From: a virus | Reading direction: 5' to 3' (one strand) | Virus record (IMG/VR): IMGVR_UViG_3300012348_000173 | Span: 29,919 to 93,918 of that record | DNA: 64,000 nt | Part shown: positions 9,547 through 25,464 of the stretch, piece by piece | How positions within the stretch are numbered: the first letter of the stretch is position 1 | How the letters are laid out: the number at the start of each line of letters is the position of its first letter | Program-made: the position numbers and the translations under genes | Notes under the pieces: model-generated | Told to the model about the DNA's origin: nothing | Databases searched by the model: none | What the model saw: the letters and a program-made list of their open reading frames with translations, nothing else

Positions 9547-9732
9547 ATGAATGAAAGAGTATACATTAACAGTGAATTGAGTGAAAACTTTAGAAACCTA
9601 GGTTGCGGAATCGTTGACTATGTCGACGTGTACCGCGTTGAAGGCGATAAGGTTTTCTTTACAGCCGGCAGCGGAAAGTTCCACCTTACAAAAGGCGAGC
9701 TTAAAGACTATATGCTAGGAGAAGCGGTTTAA
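9547..9732 (+). CDS. Small hypothetical protein on the opposite strand
   Basis: Exactly fills the gap between two minus-strand genes. Confidence 0.5.
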   Translation: MNERVYINSELSENFRNLGCGIVDYVDVYRVEGDKVFFTAGSGKFHLTKGELKDYMLGEAV

Positions 9733-10409
9733 GCTTTTTGCAGATCATCTATTCTGCGATTTAGTTCTCCGTATATGTATTTGTGACCATACCAAGGTCC
9801 TTCTCCATATGCACCTCGAAAGGTATGAGTGAGCACCCGCCACTCATTCTTTTCGTATATAAACCATGGCATACCAGAATCTCCACCTACTAATTGGTTT
9901 GACCAACGCTTACGACCTCGAATGTAAGCAAAGTCTTCTTCATAACGAACTTGGGCAATGCTATCATTACCGTCCTGATCTAAAGTTAAGGCACGTCGCC
10001 CATACACTTTGGGGTTTGTGCAAATTTTATAGCCGCATACTTTATCCGAAAACGGTTCGTCAACCTTGCATATTGCAATGTCTCCTCCGTTATAATATTC
10101 ACGTGGGACCGTTTTTCCGTTTAGCAAAAACGATTCTTTATTGATTGCAGTTATTGTTCGTGTATGCTTTACTCCATCGGCGTCAATGACATACACCTTG
10201 TTATTTGGAGGAGATGTTGAAGGTATAGCATGCTTACATACTATGATTATGTTCTTAGGCTGTATATCAACAACCCAACCTTTGATCCATCCATTTCCGA
10301 TTTTAGGATGATCGGATTTGACAATACCGCTACGATCTAAAGTCTTTGATGATGGTAAAGACTTTAGAGGATTAATGTAAGTTGCAACTATTTTTTCAAA
10401 TAGGTTCAT
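9729..10409 (-). CDS. Trypsin-like serine protease
   Basis: Triad-like motifs VCKHA (His), GDIAIC (Asp), GGDSGMPW (Ser). Confidence 0.75.
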   Translation of the reverse strand: MNLFEKIVATYINPLKSLPSSKTLDRSGIVKSDHPKIGNGWIKGWVVDIQPKNIIIVCKHAIPSTSPPNNKVYVIDADGVKHTRTITAINKESFLLNGKTVPREYYNGGDIAICKVDEPFSDKVCGYKICTNPKVYGRRALTLDQDGNDSIAQVRYEEDFAYIRGRKRWSNQLVGGDSGMPWFIYEKNEWRVLTHTFRGAYGEGPWYGHKYIYGELNRRIDDLQKA

Positions 10410-10803
10410 CAGTTACAGGCGCATCTGGCTGCGGTTCATCGGTTACAGGCGCATCTGGTTGAGGCAATGGAACCAAAGTGATGATGCCATTTCCATCAAC
10501 AGTTATTTCTCTAGGCTTTGTAGTAATAGCTCTAGGCTGATCAATTCCCCTGTTTTCTAATAGAGTATTGAATTCGTTAGCATAGCGAAAATGAGCCTCG
10601 AAAATAGACTGCAGTTTTTCAATCCCTTGGCTATTCATAATTTCTTCAATTTGGTCGTCCGGCAAATTCCAAAATTTAGAAAATGAATCGTTTAAGTTAT
10701 AAACGGCCGTCTTAATGCAGTTCTCAACTAAAACTAAAGGAGCGTCGATTGCCGCTAAGTTAATTTCGAGTTGTGTTTTCTGAGGTATTAGTTGTATAGA
10801 CAT
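10396..10803 (-). CDS. Hypothetical fibre-associated protein
   Basis: Follows fibre gene; C-terminal (PQPDAPVTDE)x2 duplication. Confidence 0.65.
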   Translation of the reverse strand: MSIQLIPQKTQLEINLAAIDAPLVLVENCIKTAVYNLNDSFSKFWNLPDDQIEEIMNSQGIEKLQSIFEAHFRYANEFNTLLENRGIDQPRAITTKPREITVDGNGIITLVPLPQPDAPVTDEPQPDAPVTDEPI

Positions 10804-10805
10804 GG

Positions 10806-11750
10806 TTATGAAATTTTAGTCATTCTTACGCAACTATTTGGACGCAATTCGGTGGCCGCTGCGTTAGATGAGTTTTGCGCAAATTGTAACGATACTGTAT
10901 CATTGGTGGTGCATGAAAAGTAAAAGTATCCGCAAACTGGAATCAACGGAGTCGAAGCCGTTGCTCGTGCTCCCATATAAATCCCAAGAGGACCTAAACC
11001 TGATATGTTAATCGGACCAACTGCGCCTATGCTAACAGATCCTAACAATGCACCAGATGGTGGTTGACTTGATGTTGTGAGCAATTGGAGCTTTATTCCA
11101 CCTGCTCCAATAGATGCAAATAAATTAAAATCAACTCGGTATGAAGTATTAGCAACTACGCTGAAATTTCTTAATTCAGAATCACTAATAAAAGTTGTCG
11201 AAGACGTTACCGAATCAGTAGCGGCCTTAACTTTCACTTGCATCTCTAATCCAAGATTAGATCGAGTAGTTGCCGCATCAGTTGTATAAATTGCACCAGC
11301 TGACATGTCTCCATTTACGTCTAATTTATAAGATGGAGTTGCGGTGCCAACTCCTACTCTATCAGTCGAAGAATCTACAAATAGAGTGTTTGTATCGACA
11401 ATCAAATTGCCTGATGCAGTAATAGCTCCAACGACATGTAGTGCGGTAGATGGAGTGAGCGTGCCAATTCCGACTCTATTGTTGGTGGCATCCACAAATA
11501 GAGAGTTTGTGTCCACGGTAAGATTAGCTGAAATACTGGCAGACCCCACTATATCTAATGTAGTAGCAGGAGTTGAGGTTCCAATGCCGACGCGATTATT
11601 AGCAGCATCAACAAAAAAAGTGCTAGTATCAACGGTTAGATTTCCCGATATTGACGTGTTTTTAGTAAAGTCGATGGTAGAACCAGCATTGATATTCGTT
11701 AATGCTGCTCCGCTCGCTAATACATTTGCTGAAATTTTAGTTGTCGCCAT
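10806..11750 (-). CDS. Tail fibre-like protein
   Basis: Three repeats of NLxVDTxxxFVDxxxxRVGIGTxTP. Confidence 0.75.
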   Translation of the reverse strand: MATTKISANVLASGAALTNINAGSTIDFTKNTSISGNLTVDTSTFFVDAANNRVGIGTSTPATTLDIVGSASISANLTVDTNSLFVDATNNRVGIGTLTPSTALHVVGAITASGNLIVDTNTLFVDSSTDRVGVGTATPSYKLDVNGDMSAGAIYTTDAATTRSNLGLEMQVKVKAATDSVTSSTTFISDSELRNFSVVANTSYRVDFNLFASIGAGGIKLQLLTTSSQPPSGALLGSVSIGAVGPINISGLGPLGIYMGARATASTPLIPVCGYFYFSCTTNDTVSLQFAQNSSNAAATELRPNSCVRMTKIS

Positions 11751-11752
11751 AA

Positions 11753-14072
<2,320 letters not shown>

Positions 14073-14076
14073 TAAC

Positions 14077-14421
14077 TTATTCTGTTGGCTTTGTTGCTCG
14101 CGGAGTAATTTCAGCCTGCCCTTCACATACGCGAATGACGTCAGACTCATCTTCATTATAAATTTCAACATCAAAGACATATCGTCCAGGCTTCATCGCG
14201 CCAGTTTGTGCTGGAGTAAGGTTGATGAAAATTTCACCTGACTCTGGATCATCAATGCTAGTTGAGAAATTTACAGATGTTAATGATGAATATGATCGAC
14301 GGATTTGACCGCGCGCTGAAAAGTCCGTAAGATCAACTGGAAGCTTATTTGCGCCAATGACAGGAATCTTACCAGAATATGTTGAGCCTTGGTCTATGGT
14401 AATATCAGTGTACTGAGCCAT
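14077..14421 (-). CDS. Small virion structural protein (fibre/baseplate adaptor-like)
   Basis: ITIDQGSTY...DLTDFSARGQIRRSY...LTPAQT..MKPGRYVFDVEI pattern common in T4-like marine/freshwater phages. Confidence 0.75.
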   Translation of the reverse strand: MAQYTDITIDQGSTYSGKIPVIGANKLPVDLTDFSARGQIRRSYSSLTSVNFSTSIDDPESGEIFINLTPAQTGAMKPGRYVFDVEIYNEDESDVIRVCEGQAEITPRATKPTE

Positions 14422-14432
14422 AGTTATATTTA

Positions 14433-17375
14433 TTACGCCTTAATTGCAATGTAGTTAACTTTACAATTTGCCGTAGCGGTTGTATTTCCGTTAATTGTGA
14501 ATTGCCCAGATGCAGCAATCACGTTAACATACTTAAGAGTCGTATCATTAGATGCAACGGTTGCAACAATCACTGATGTTGAAGTAATCCCCGCTGCAAT
14601 TACGGTAACACTGGATGATGCAGCGTTGATTGTTGCGGTGCCGCTAATTATGTTTAACGCAGATCGGTGAGCTGTTGCCTCAGTTGCGGAATAGTATGTG
14701 AATCCAGCGTCCTGCGCATAATTTTCACCTTTACTTTGTATTGTTCCACCCGTTGCATATTTAACCAAGGTTCCTTCAACGATTGTTGAAGTAGTCACCG
14801 CGGAAGCAAATGCTAAGCGTGCAGTATTATTTTCAAATGTAAACGTTGAGGTTGCAGCAAATGAAAGAGGTCCAACAAAACTAACGGGTGATTGAAAAGT
14901 AGCTGACCCGTAGACTTCAAGACCACCGTCTAAAGTAAGTAGCCTGTTGTCTTCTTCATCTCTCGAGAATTGTGCAATGCCATGAATATCATAAATTGTA
15001 GTTACATTTTCCGGAACGGTTGAGTCAGTGTAAATGTAAAAATCTCCAACTTGATGCAGTAAATCAATTTCAGGCTGTGCTAATATAGAAGTTATTCCGC
15101 TATATGTAGATGTTCCAGCTGATAGAGTATCAAAATATCCAGTTGTTGCAATTATTCCTCCATTTGAATCACGTTGAACAACCGAGTTAGGATTTGAATC
15201 AACTGCCGGCTCAATTGTGTACTTAACCCAACCTTCGTTTTCCGAGAAAACATACCAATCATATAACACTTTACATGTTTGGCCTAATCTAAAATTAACT
15301 CTAGGAGCTGGAAGAGTTGTCTCGCTGGTAATCTCTATATGACCAGAGGAATCTACGGCCCATGAATTGGCGCAAACCTTAGGAGATATTTGAATAAGAT
15401 TTGAGAAAGAGTCATAATAAGCATTTGCATAATCGCTATAGCGTGTAATGCTTGTGGCCAATCTTTCTAAAGAAACACTATATTCAGATGGGTGATATAC
15501 CACAATGAATGGATTAATCGGCTCATCGTTTTCTTCAGCGAAAACAAATGTTTCAGTTTCCCCATTCACACTAAGGCTAAATGAATCACCATCAGTGATC
15601 ACTGCGCCATCGATGTTTAGATAGACATAACCATCATTATAATCGGTTGTGTTATCGCTAAAGACACGTGGCGTGTCAAAGATATGATCCACCTCACTAG
15701 CTTCAGCATCTGTCCAAACTGACACCGTTGGATCTAGTGCAGGTTCACCTGTCATCAAGACAGATGGAGATGAGGTTTCATAATTTGTAGCTTCTTCAAA
15801 TTGCCATACGTCACCACTGTATCTTTCAACAAAAGCGTAGCCGCCTCCAGTTAAACCATCATCAACGATGCTGATTCCTGAATCGTTTCTTGCCCAAACT
15901 TTAACCGTTCCGCCTTCAGCTGTTCCAAGATAAACGTAAATACCATCACGCTCTGGGTAATTTAAATCAGAGAAGTCAAATATCTTCTTAAAGATCGGAA
16001 CTTCCTCAGCTTCAAAGGATGCTGATATATCTGTCAAGTTAAAACCATTAATTGTTGTTGGTTTATCAGTTATACCATTCCATGAAGTTGTTCCAGGTGT
16101 ACCAGTTGCGCCCGTTGCTCCGCTCGGTCCAGCGATCCCAGTTGCTCCAGTTGAGCCCTGAGGGCCATTTACACCTGTAGCTCCACTTGGTCCAGTTAGA
16201 CCAGTTGGACCTGTGGCACCGCTCGGTCCTCGCACTCCAGTTGCCCCAGTTTCTCCAGCTGGACCGCTAAGCAATCCTATGTTTTGCCATCCAATTGCAG
16301 AGAATACAAAACACGAATCTAATTCAACGACAAACCAAATGTCCCCATAATCGGGTGAGTCAATATCAGTAAGATCGGATTCATATTGAACTGCACCCTT
16401 TAATGAAAGGGCAGGCGCCGCTGCACCCTCTGGTCCAGATATGTTTCCTAAATACGTAGATTCGCCATCACTTAAAGTTACATATAGTCCGCCATCATAT
16501 TCAATATAGATGTCAGATATACTAACACCTGTTGCGCCACGCGGTCCAGTTGCACCACTTGGACCGCTTGGACCTGTGGCTCCGCTTGGACCAGTTAAAC
16601 CCGTAGGTCCTGTAGGTCCTGTAGGACCAGTTAAACCAGTAGGTCCAGTCACGCCAGTAGGACCAGTTAAACCGGTTGGGCCACTTGGACCAGTTAAACC
16701 AGTAGGACCAGTTAGGCCAGTAGGACCCACTGAACCAGCTGGACCAGTCAAGCCCGTAGATCCTGTTGCACCGGTCACGCCCGATGCACCTGTAGCGCCG
16801 GATGGCCCAGCGACACCAGATGCGCCTGTAGCTCCTGCTCCTGTAGCCCCAACTGCGCCTGTTGGACCTTGAGGACCCTGAAATGTTCCAAGATCAACCC
16901 AATCAGCAATCGCGTCATCATCTAACAACCATGCATATGCTTTGTTATCCGAAACTTTAATGTAAACGTCTCCCAAAGACTGACTTGATGTTGGAAGGTT
17001 TGTTACATAGCCTTTAATGTTTAATGCATTTGACGGCGGGCCTGTTGGTCCAGCTGGTCCAGTTGCTCCGGACGGACCAGCAATGCCAACTGGTCCTTGT
17101 GGTCCTAGCACACTGCCTGCAACGTTTATAGTGCGGCCTAATGAAGTTAGAAGCTTAAGCTGCCCATTTGTTACGGTAGCTGAAGAAATTAGTTCTCCAT
17201 CTTCAGTAACTGTTCCTAATGCTGAAAAGAACTGAACGTCACCATTTTCATCTTTATAGAAAAGTTTTCCATCTGCATAGTTTAAAGCAAGTTCTCCATA
17301 TTGGATAAACTCTGCTGTTGGCGTAGATCCGCTAACACTAGACGATTTGAGAATATATGTTTTTTCCTCTGGCAT
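14433..17375 (-). CDS. Collagen-like fibre protein
   Basis: N-terminal [16 protein letters not shown] attachment motif; three Gly-X-Y tracts (GPT/GAT/GPS); acidic central domain. Confidence 0.85.
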   Translation of the reverse strand: MPEEKTYILKSSSVSGSTPTAEFIQYGELALNYADGKLFYKDENGDVQFFSALGTVTEDGELISSATVTNGQLKLLTSLGRTINVAGSVLGPQGPVGIAGPSGATGPAGPTGPPSNALNIKGYVTNLPTSSQSLGDVYIKVSDNKAYAWLLDDDAIADWVDLGTFQGPQGPTGAVGATGAGATGASGVAGPSGATGASGVTGATGSTGLTGPAGSVGPTGLTGPTGLTGPSGPTGLTGPTGVTGPTGLTGPTGPTGPTGLTGPSGATGPSGPSGATGPRGATGVSISDIYIEYDGGLYVTLSDGESTYLGNISGPEGAAAPALSLKGAVQYESDLTDIDSPDYGDIWFVVELDSCFVFSAIGWQNIGLLSGPAGETGATGVRGPSGATGPTGLTGPSGATGVNGPQGSTGATGIAGPSGATGATGTPGTTSWNGITDKPTTINGFNLTDISASFEAEEVPIFKKIFDFSDLNYPERDGIYVYLGTAEGGTVKVWARNDSGISIVDDGLTGGGYAFVERYSGDVWQFEEATNYETSSPSVLMTGEPALDPTVSVWTDAEASEVDHIFDTPRVFSDNTTDYNDGYVYLNIDGAVITDGDSFSLSVNGETETFVFAEENDEPINPFIVVYHPSEYSVSLERLATSITRYSDYANAYYDSFSNLIQISPKVCANSWAVDSSGHIEITSETTLPAPRVNFRLGQTCKVLYDWYVFSENEGWVKYTIEPAVDSNPNSVVQRDSNGGIIATTGYFDTLSAGTSTYSGITSILAQPEIDLLHQVGDFYIYTDSTVPENVTTIYDIHGIAQFSRDEEDNRLLTLDGGLEVYGSATFQSPVSFVGPLSFAATSTFTFENNTARLAFASAVTTSTIVEGTLVKYATGGTIQSKGENYAQDAGFTYYSATEATAHRSALNIISGTATINAASSSVTVIAAGITSTSVIVATVASNDTTLKYVNVIAASGQFTINGNTTATANCKVNYIAIKA
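16100..17105 (-). repeat. Collagen-coding repeats, three tracts; boundaries approximate
   Basis: Gly-X-Y periodicity in the translation. Confidence 0.8.
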
Positions 17376-17380
17376 ATGAA

Positions 17381-20077
17381 TTAGATATTTTTAATCTTAG
17401 TGAAAAATGGAACAGTTGCTCCTGTTGGATATGAGTTTATATTGTATGCATGATATCCACATGTATACATGTCGCCTGTTGGTTCGAGCAAATTATCTTG
17501 GATTATGCAAGCGGTGAATGATGAAGAGCTTGAAGTACCGAGGTTGACCGATTGCACGTCGCTTACATACTGATCTCTTGGAACATATACGTTTTGAGGA
17601 CGTGCATAAATTGTAGATGAACTGATATCAGTTCCGAGATTAATTCCAGTTCCCCATGCACATAACTTATATTCTCCACCTGACAAGAATGTAGCAAATC
17701 GTACATTAGGTGCAGAGCTAAAGAATCGATGTACACTGTAATTATTATTTGAAACCGTTAAGCCAGATTGCGTAAAGTCAGTTATTTGAATCAATGAAGC
17801 AACTGGAGTAGACGATTGTGGATGTAGCCCAACCGCTCCATTTGAATTATCACCCATTCCATATAGCTTCCCGTTTGTACCTACAACGTGAACTACATAA
17901 TCAAGGTTAGTGTACACATCAGCCACCGTCGGTGAAGAAATTAGTCTAGGTACAAATGTGTATGCTGGATCTGTCACTGTTGAGCTGCTACCAAGGCCGA
18001 GTTGACGATATAGGTTATAACCCCAACCGTGTATCTTTCCATCAGCTTGTTTTAGTATACCAAATGTATTTGCGCCAATTCCGCCAAAGTATGCATCCGT
18101 TACGCCAGTGATTCGAGTGTATACATTTGACGTAGATGAAATTCCAGCAGGAGTTACGCGATAAGTAGCGGTGTTAATTGCATCACTTTCATGCAAACTA
18201 AATGTATTATCCGACAGTTTATTTACAGTGTAGTAATAGCTACCAATCTTAATCTTATCATAGTTAAGCATTCCATGATTTGTTAGAGTATAAACTTGAG
18301 TATCAATGTTTAATGTTGGAGTGCCCCCAAGATTTCTTGATATTGGACTTAAGACTGGAACCCAATCATTGTTGTTATCATTATTTCCATTGGCCTTTTG
18401 GAATCGACCAATTTGACCATTCTCTCCATACCCGCATGCCCACAATTCTCCAGAATCGAGTAGAGCATATCCGGTTTGAGTAGTTCCTCCTCCAATTAGC
18501 CAAGCCTTTGTTACAGTTCTTGATCCCAAATTACCTGGGCCGCGAACTGGAAGCTTAGAGTTTGATGTTGATACATTAGAATTATCGCCAAGCTGCCCGT
18601 ATGTATTATCACCAAATGTATAAAGCTTACCACTTGTTGTTAATGCATATGCAGTCTTAGCATCAGCGTCATAACTTAAGATTATTTCAGAGATTGCCTC
18701 ACCGCCAAAACATAATCTAGGACCAGAAAGGTAATCGGACGAATCACTTGTGTCAATTGATCCACTCTTACGGTTGATGTTATAGCCGTAAGAATACACT
18801 TTATTATCGCTGTACTTAATGTAAGTACTAAGGTTATCGGTGTATATTTTAACGACATCAGACGCTCGGTATGGAGGCAGAGATACACCATATGCATCAC
18901 CACTAAAGCGTCCAAAACGGTTGCCATATAGGTCGCCGTTTTCTCCATATGCATATATCTTGTTTAGATTGTCAACGCATACAAAACCACGCGGTGGAAG
19001 AACACTGTATGAATTATATCCTTTGCCGTTTAAGCTCTTGAATTTAGAACCATTTTGTTTTGAAACGGTATCAACATATTCTTTATTTGCCGCTGCAGTA
19101 GGAGGCGCTGAAGAAGGAGTCTCAACGAGAACAACTCCACTGTTGCTTCTTAGCGGAATAAAATACTCATTTGGATTTTGGCTGCTAAGTAAAGTATAGC
19201 TAGCATTTTGTAATTTAGACGATGCGATTGAAGCCGCTTTTAGGATTAGTCTCTTTTGGCTATCAGTTTCAAATTCACTGCCTAGGTTGAGGCTTATGCT
19301 ACCGCCGTTAAGATTGAATGTATTGTTGCCTAATGCAGATGTAATAGTAATACCATTTCCGCCTAAGACAGAAAATGCAGCTACATTTACTTTACGTGCT
19401 CTAATATAATATGCAACCGTCTCTCCACCAATTGTACCGTTTGCCACAGTAGGTAAAGCGAAAGTAGCAGCTGTTTCTCCTAATGCTGCAGCCAAATCTG
19501 GGTATGTAGATTTACTAACAGTCTGACCATTGCATGCTAACCATAATGTCCCGTCAATAGCAACTCCATTTGCAATTGGAACAATCATTCCAACAGGAGT
19601 TAGGTCTTCGGTTACAGTTAATGAGGAAGTGTTAATTATTTCACGAACATCATTTGCAATTTCAGTGTTCGTCTTAAAAGTAATTCCACTGTTATGGTGA
19701 TATACATAACCAGATGAAGGAGTAGATGGCAACGTATAATCATAATTGCCAATCTTTATCGTTGACGATGTATTATGAATCTTAGGCGCCGAAATAATCT
19801 TTCCAGCTGAAACTGAAAAATTTGAACCAACGTTTAAATTGTCTCCAGACGCACTTAAGTATGAAGAGCCGATTGTTAAACCACCACCAAACGTAACGTT
19901 ATTTATGACAGTTTGATTAGATCCTGTAAGAAGAAGAGTGTTTGATTCAGATGCATATGTATCATCGATAGCAGCTACCTTTTCAATAACACCATTTGTC
20001 TTTTGGCGCCACTGTTCAAAAGTATCAACGCCGACAACGCCGTTTATCTTAAAATCTGCAAAAGGTATAGAATCCAT
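17381..20077 (-). CDS. Tail fibre with tail-collar domain and RCC1-like repeats
   Basis: [12 protein letters not shown]-terminus; collar PVGMIV...[22 protein letters not shown]; repeats [45 protein letters not shown]. Confidence 0.82.
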   Translation of the reverse strand: MDSIPFADFKINGVVGVDTFEQWRQKTNGVIEKVAAIDDTYASESNTLLLTGSNQTVINNVTFGGGLTIGSSYLSASGDNLNVGSNFSVSAGKIISAPKIHNTSSTIKIGNYDYTLPSTPSSGYVYHHNSGITFKTNTEIANDVREIINTSSLTVTEDLTPVGMIVPIANGVAIDGTLWLACNGQTVSKSTYPDLAAALGETAATFALPTVANGTIGGETVAYYIRARKVNVAAFSVLGGNGITITSALGNNTFNLNGGSISLNLGSEFETDSQKRLILKAASIASSKLQNASYTLLSSQNPNEYFIPLRSNSGVVLVETPSSAPPTAAANKEYVDTVSKQNGSKFKSLNGKGYNSYSVLPPRGFVCVDNLNKIYAYGENGDLYGNRFGRFSGDAYGVSLPPYRASDVVKIYTDNLSTYIKYSDNKVYSYGYNINRKSGSIDTSDSSDYLSGPRLCFGGEAISEIILSYDADAKTAYALTTSGKLYTFGDNTYGQLGDNSNVSTSNSKLPVRGPGNLGSRTVTKAWLIGGGTTQTGYALLDSGELWACGYGENGQIGRFQKANGNNDNNNDWVPVLSPISRNLGGTPTLNIDTQVYTLTNHGMLNYDKIKIGSYYYTVNKLSDNTFSLHESDAINTATYRVTPAGISSTSNVYTRITGVTDAYFGGIGANTFGILKQADGKIHGWGYNLYRQLGLGSSSTVTDPAYTFVPRLISSPTVADVYTNLDYVVHVVGTNGKLYGMGDNSNGAVGLHPQSSTPVASLIQITDFTQSGLTVSNNNYSVHRFFSSAPNVRFATFLSGGEYKLCAWGTGINLGTDISSSTIYARPQNVYVPRDQYVSDVQSVNLGTSSSSSFTACIIQDNLLEPTGDMYTCGYHAYNINSYPTGATVPFFTKIKNI

Positions 20078-20086
20078 ATATTATGT

Positions 20087-20293
20087 CTATTTATTATGAA
20101 GAGCTTGGATAATAATGTTTAGCTTTTCTTCTATAGACGAAACGCGAGCAGAGAGATCGTCTAATGCTTTTCTCTGCTCGTCGTTTCGCTGTCTTATCTT
20201 TTTGGCTGCCATGTATTCGTCATAGTCAGTATTGATAATTGCGTTTGACGCAGGGTCTCGATACAAAGACTTAGTGTCAGCCACCTTAATCAT
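20087..20293 (-). CDS. Small conserved coiled-coil protein
   Basis: [14 protein letters not shown] motif; customary position downstream of the VrlC-like gene. Confidence 0.75.
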   Translation of the reverse strand: MIKVADTKSLYRDPASNAIINTDYDEYMAAKKIRQRNDEQRKALDDLSARVSSIEEKLNIIIQALHNK

Positions 20294-23200
20294 GATAATG
20301 TTGCAATTGCTCTTAGATTTTTAACACGTGGAGCATCAACAATATTTTCACCTTCAAATTGAATCTTGACTTTGAACTCTTTGAATTTTGCAATGTCAAC
20401 TGATTCGTCTGGCAATGTTATGAGGTAATGAAGCTCATTAAATACGTTTGGATCGCTGTTCACTGGCATTACACTAGGTGAGACTCTGGTTAACTCGATC
20501 CAAGGAGTATCATTAAACTTATCAAATTTACCAAATACTTTTACAGTCGATTCCGATGTAGGAATGTTAACATCAAGATACACATCAAGCTGATCGGCTT
20601 CATATGCTAATTCAATTCTACGCGTTACGTATCTTGAAGTCTTTCCGGTGTCTGTATTTAGTCTGTTGCGAATAAACTTAACATTCATTCGCTCGATGTT
20701 GATCACAGGCGACAAATAATTGCTGTCGGTCTTAAGTGTTGTTGTTAACACAACAGGCGCGGTTGAAGATAAGAAGCCATCATTCCAAGGCTTCTTGGAT
20801 GCAGTTGCGCTATAAGATACTCCATTTTCAACTTTGTAATCATATCCAAAAATTGACATCGTGTTATTAACATCGGATGATTTTAGGACGTTACCTGCTT
20901 CGTCAGTTGCAACAATTTCAAGTGTATCTTGGCTTAAAACAAAGTCAGACACTTGGCACTTATTAAGTTCAGCTGTAGCCGTTGCGTTTGATCCGTTTCC
21001 ACCGTTTCCTCCAGTGATTGTAACCGTCGGAGCTGATGTATATCCATCACCGTTATCAGTAAGAAGTATTTCACTAACCTTTCCTGTCGCTAGATTTACA
21101 ACTGCGATTGCCGCTGCACCCGAGCCGTTTCCACCAGTGATTGTAACTGTAGGCGTTGATGTATATCCAGTCCCGCCGTTTATAACAGTTATCTTACGAA
21201 CTCGATAAAAAGCACGAACTTCACTCTTAACTTCAACATCTCCAGTTTTGAACTTAGCGCGATACAACTTAAACTTAAGGTCACGTGTCTGATCTTCGGT
21301 CCAGGTGCTAGAGTTTTGACTCATGAAGAATACACCGTTATAAGTATTAGCTGAAATTTTCTTTCCAGTTTTCTTATCGTTTGAACCAATTGTTGCAACG
21401 TGAACACGGTATTCATTATTTACACTTGCGCATACAACTGCATATTCTTGACCTGGTGCTAAGTAAATTGGACTGTCGAACATAAATGATGTAGCGATCG
21501 TTCCATCAAATGTAGCAAGCACATCAGATGCATACTTAACAACAGTTGAACCTGGAACAACATTTTGAGTAGGAGTTCCGTTTTCGCATGTCACCACGAA
21601 GATTTCAACTGGAGCATTTGTCTTTGGCTTTTGGCTGAAGAACAAATCAAAACCAGTTGCAAATATGCCTTCATTATTTGATATCAAGAATGATTGTGCT
21701 ACAGGATCAACCCAGCATGTCTTCTTAGATTTGCTGATTCGTGAATCAGTAATTAGACGAGTCTGTTCAACACTTGCTCTTACAATTTCCGGTATAGCGG
21801 TTGATAGAATAGTTGACTGAGTTGTTGTTACAACTCCAGACGCTACATAATCTGCTGCAGCATAACTTGTTCCAGAAGAATCAATGTTTGTCTTAGAATC
21901 GGTTAATTTAAATTGACGCGATCCTGTTAGGAACTTAATCTTAGTATCCTTAGCATTTGGGATAACAAACAAGCCATAAACTTCTCCATCAGAATTTGCT
22001 TTAAGTGTTCGCGTAGAAGGAGCAAGGTATGGAATTGGACCGCCGTTTTCACTGGCAATATCGGAATACTTCTTACGCTTATTTTCAAACTCTGTTTTGG
22101 AATAAGCAGTGCAATATTGCGTAACATTTACACCGTCAAAGAAAGGCCAGTATAGTGTATCTGGCTTCAGACCGTGTGCTTTAAACCAGACATAGCGCTG
22201 ACGGATGTATGGTCTAACCGTAACATCTAATACGCGATCACCTAAATCAAGTTCGGTCTTTTTGCCAGTTGTAACTGCAGTTCTTATTCCCTTTCTTGAT
22301 TGCTCTAGGTCTTGAACAATTTTGTATGAAGCATCAGGCGTGTCTTTTCCATACTGAGGTCTCTTGGAATCGTTTGATAGCTCAACCAATCTTTCTTTAC
22401 CTGACCAGTATGTCTTCCAGCTTGACCACTCGGTACCAAGAATTTGAATATCTTCGCCTTCTTCCTTAAGAGTATCTTCAAGATCATTTCCGAAATATCT
22501 GATAGCGTCCTTAAGAGTGTTGTCTTTGATAACAAGCTCTGGTCGCTCTACGGTGTCACACCAGTAGTCAGCTGATGGGTATAGCTTAAGCTTACCAACA
22601 TATACACTTGACGCGTATGGGTTTACACTCTCATCATCGCTTGCATTGTTTTGATAGATGTATGAAACAGAGCTGTAAGGCATTGTTAAGATATCATCAT
22701 GAACACCACTTGATGTAAATGTATCAGTTGCATCAAGCGCGGATGTATCAATTGGTGTAAGCTTAAAGCTTCTTACGCTAAACGCTGGACGAAGTTCATT
22801 TGTGTCGCTGTCAATTGCACAAATATGTTGTGGGTTTGTAGGATCGCCAACATTATGACCATTAAAGCTGTCTACAACAAATCCATTCTTAAATCGACTA
22901 AATCCAAGATCATCGGTAATGTTGATGTTCTGAGTGTCCTTTTCTAAGAGAGACAGTGAAGTATAATATTCTAGGTTGGAGATTCGACGATCAAGCGATC
23001 TGATGTTCGCCATCGTATATCTCTGATTGTCAATCTTATCAACCGTTACATCATTTGCGCCAAAGGTGTATGGGCCTAGATGCAACGTGTACAGTTCCAT
23101 AGCTGACTCTGGAACACTCGGCTTTTTAGGATTATTTGCTGGGATACCTTCTTTAACTTTGAAGTTACCATTCTTATTGACAATAACCGAATCAATTCTA

Positions 23201-25464
23201 GGAAGATAATAATCGGCTTCAAACGAAATAATACTAAAAGGATCAATTGGGTATCTTAATGCTTGATCAGGAGCGTATCTAAAGTCAAGTACATCTCTAA
23301 GCTGAATGTCTTCATACTTAGGAATCTCATCAAGCGGAACATGTGTTGTGACTGTGCTATCAATAAAATAACTCAGCGGATCGTAAAAGTCCCCAGCCTC
23401 AACAAAATCATAATATGTATAGCTTACAGTATCTGATCCACCACCGATGCTTGCATCTGCAGTCTTCTTAATTTTGGCGGTCGAATATGAGGCATCGCCT
23501 TGACCGTCAAAGTAAATTTCAAATCCAGCTGTGTCAACCGAAACCAAATGATAAACATTCGGTACATTAATTATTGCATCACGGTCAACGTTTTTAAGAA
23601 CTGAAATTGTGCCTGTCTTACGAACCTTGTATCCTCTTTTACCTGCACCCTTTACGGTGCATAAGATAGTGTATTCAGACGCATTTGGAGAATTGATTGA
23701 CAACGATAAAACATTTGCCGGTGTCGAGGTCACAATTGAGTATTCAGAACTCGCAAGAATACCTGAAACCGAATTATAAACAATGATGTTTTGCTCATTC
23801 TTGTCAAATGCAAGACTATCAGCTATTCTTTCAGTAATAACACCTCCGATTGCATATAACCCATCAACGTAAATTTTCTTAAAGTAAGTTAGTTCTCTAA
23901 GATCAGCCAATGGCGATAGCGGCAAGGTGTACAGTGATTTTGCTAGCTCAGCATTTCGGATTCCAGTTTCGGTGTTAAGCGTCACATCACCATTTACAAT
24001 TGTCAATCCTTCGCTCAATGCATACCCAGTGTCAAGTGAAACATCATAAAGGAATACTGTGTACACATCTAATCCCTGGATCTTTCGACTTTTCTTTTCG
24101 ATTGATCTGATTTTAGTTTCACCGATGTTCTGATATCCGTCAAAGATGTTATATACCGTTGAAGGAACGTTAATATTTGGGATAGCCGAATCTGCAGCAA
24201 ACGTACAGTCAATTCCGAAGCCCATGTCAGCCGAAACATTTAAATCGCGGTATCGGCCATTCTTACCATTGTAAGTTAGGCGAGCCTTAGGAACACGCAG
24301 GGACAGCGCTGATTTTAGCTCAACACGATATCCTTTTACATACGCAACCGATGGGTCAAGCGTAACGAGTAGTTCATTCTTAGCAGTATCAAGATCAACT
24401 GTTCCATCGGCCTTCACATAGCCTAGGTTAATCAATTCATTATTGATGCTAGAGATATCATCAGCAGACATACCAGTTGTATCACGGTATGCATCTTTGA
24501 TGTTTAAGGCAAATGGGTTAACCTCATAGTTACCTGATTCCTCATATGTACGCTGCGCAAGCTTATCATCAATCCCCTTAAAAGCGAGGGATGAAGAATC
24601 TTTCGCAATTTCATCAGACGTGATTTTTAAAAGCTTGACATAATCACCATCTGGTACATCATCACCAGCGCTTAATGTCAATTCTAAGTCAACATAATAA
24701 CGATCTGCGCCTGGGGAGTTGTAGTTATAGAACCCATTTGCGTTATCTAACAATGTCTCATCGACAATTGTATCGTCTGGATTACTAAGAGAATCAACTG
24801 CAGTCACTATTGATTCAGTGACTTTAAGCAATACATTTCCAGTGAATGTTGTGTTTTGAGCTAAGTCAGCAACAACGTATTGTTCTTGAACCGCAACAAA
24901 GCTTCCTTTAACAAAGTACACACCTTTTTGGACATGTGCGCCTACCGCCAAATTAACAGCATCAATAGTTCCAATTACATTTGGGTCTTCTTCATTTTCA
25001 GCCACAATTGTGATTGCGTCCGATGCATTGAACCTAAACACGTTTTCACCATTTGCTTCTTTTGAATTGACATTCTTAAGATATATGCGGTATCTGGTTG
25101 CGCCTAGGGCAATGATTGAAATTATTTTAGCGGTTAAGCCATCATTATCGGTAACTTTATCATACGGTATGTCAATGAAGTTTACCTCTTCGTCTGCACT
25201 AACATCAATGCTATAAATTTTAGAGCTATCATCAAAACGTGCAAGTCCTCCAAGAACACGATTTCCGTTCTTATATAGACTACGTCCTACGCGATCAATT
25301 TGCGTTTGTAGCGCACTTTGAATTTGGTTTAGTTCGCGTGTTTGAACCGAAACGCCTGGCTTAAATAATACACGAAGATAATTCTTATCGCCGTGCGTAA
25401 GTCCATTTACGTCAGGATCATTGTAATCATCATAATATGTGTTTGAGTATGTAGTAATTGACAT
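20290..25464 (-). CDS. Large VrlC/DUF4815-like virion structural protein
   Basis: YYDDY...[74 protein letters not shown]. Confidence 0.88.
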   Translation of the reverse strand: MSITTYSNTYYDDYNDPDVNGLTHGDKNYLRVLFKPGVSVQTRELNQIQSALQTQIDRVGRSLYKNGNRVLGGLARFDDSSKIYSIDVSADEEVNFIDIPYDKVTDNDGLTAKIISIIALGATRYRIYLKNVNSKEANGENVFRFNASDAITIVAENEEDPNVIGTIDAVNLAVGAHVQKGVYFVKGSFVAVQEQYVVADLAQNTTFTGNVLLKVTESIVTAVDSLSNPDDTIVDETLLDNANGFYNYNSPGADRYYVDLELTLSAGDDVPDGDYVKLLKITSDEIAKDSSSLAFKGIDDKLAQRTYEESGNYEVNPFALNIKDAYRDTTGMSADDISSINNELINLGYVKADGTVDLDTAKNELLVTLDPSVAYVKGYRVELKSALSLRVPKARLTYNGKNGRYRDLNVSADMGFGIDCTFAADSAIPNINVPSTVYNIFDGYQNIGETKIRSIEKKSRKIQGLDVYTVFLYDVSLDTGYALSEGLTIVNGDVTLNTETGIRNAELAKSLYTLPLSPLADLRELTYFKKIYVDGLYAIGGVITERIADSLAFDKNEQNIIVYNSVSGILASSEYSIVTSTPANVLSLSINSPNASEYTILCTVKGAGKRGYKVRKTGTISVLKNVDRDAIINVPNVYHLVSVDTAGFEIYFDGQGDASYSTAKIKKTADASIGGGSDTVSYTYYDFVEAGDFYDPLSYFIDSTVTTHVPLDEIPKYEDIQLRDVLDFRYAPDQALRYPIDPFSIISFEADYYLPRIDSVIVNKNGNFKVKEGIPANNPKKPSVPESAMELYTLHLGPYTFGANDVTVDKIDNQRYTMANIRSLDRRISNLEYYTSLSLLEKDTQNINITDDLGFSRFKNGFVVDSFNGHNVGDPTNPQHICAIDSDTNELRPAFSVRSFKLTPIDTSALDATDTFTSSGVHDDILTMPYSSVSYIYQNNASDDESVNPYASSVYVGKLKLYPSADYWCDTVERPELVIKDNTLKDAIRYFGNDLEDTLKEEGEDIQILGTEWSSWKTYWSGKERLVELSNDSKRPQYGKDTPDASYKIVQDLEQSRKGIRTAVTTGKKTELDLGDRVLDVTVRPYIRQRYVWFKAHGLKPDTLYWPFFDGVNVTQYCTAYSKTEFENKRKKYSDIASENGGPIPYLAPSTRTLKANSDGEVYGLFVIPNAKDTKIKFLTGSRQFKLTDSKTNIDSSGTSYAAADYVASGVVTTTQSTILSTAIPEIVRASVEQTRLITDSRISKSKKTCWVDPVAQSFLISNNEGIFATGFDLFFSQKPKTNAPVEIFVVTCENGTPTQNVVPGSTVVKYASDVLATFDGTIATSFMFDSPIYLAPGQEYAVVCASVNNEYRVHVATIGSNDKKTGKKISANTYNGVFFMSQNSSTWTEDQTRDLKFKLYRAKFKTGDVEVKSEVRAFYRVRKITVINGGTGYTSTPTVTITGGNGSGAAAIAVVNLATGKVSEILLTDNGDGYTSAPTVTITGGNGGNGSNATATAELNKCQVSDFVLSQDTLEIVATDEAGNVLKSSDVNNTMSIFGYDYKVENGVSYSATASKKPWNDGFLSSTAPVVLTTTLKTDSNYLSPVINIERMNVKFIRNRLNTDTGKTSRYVTRRIELAYEADQLDVYLDVNIPTSESTVKVFGKFDKFNDTPWIELTRVSPSVMPVNSDPNVFNELHYLITLPDESVDIAKFKEFKVKIQFEGENIVDAPRVKNLRAIATLS

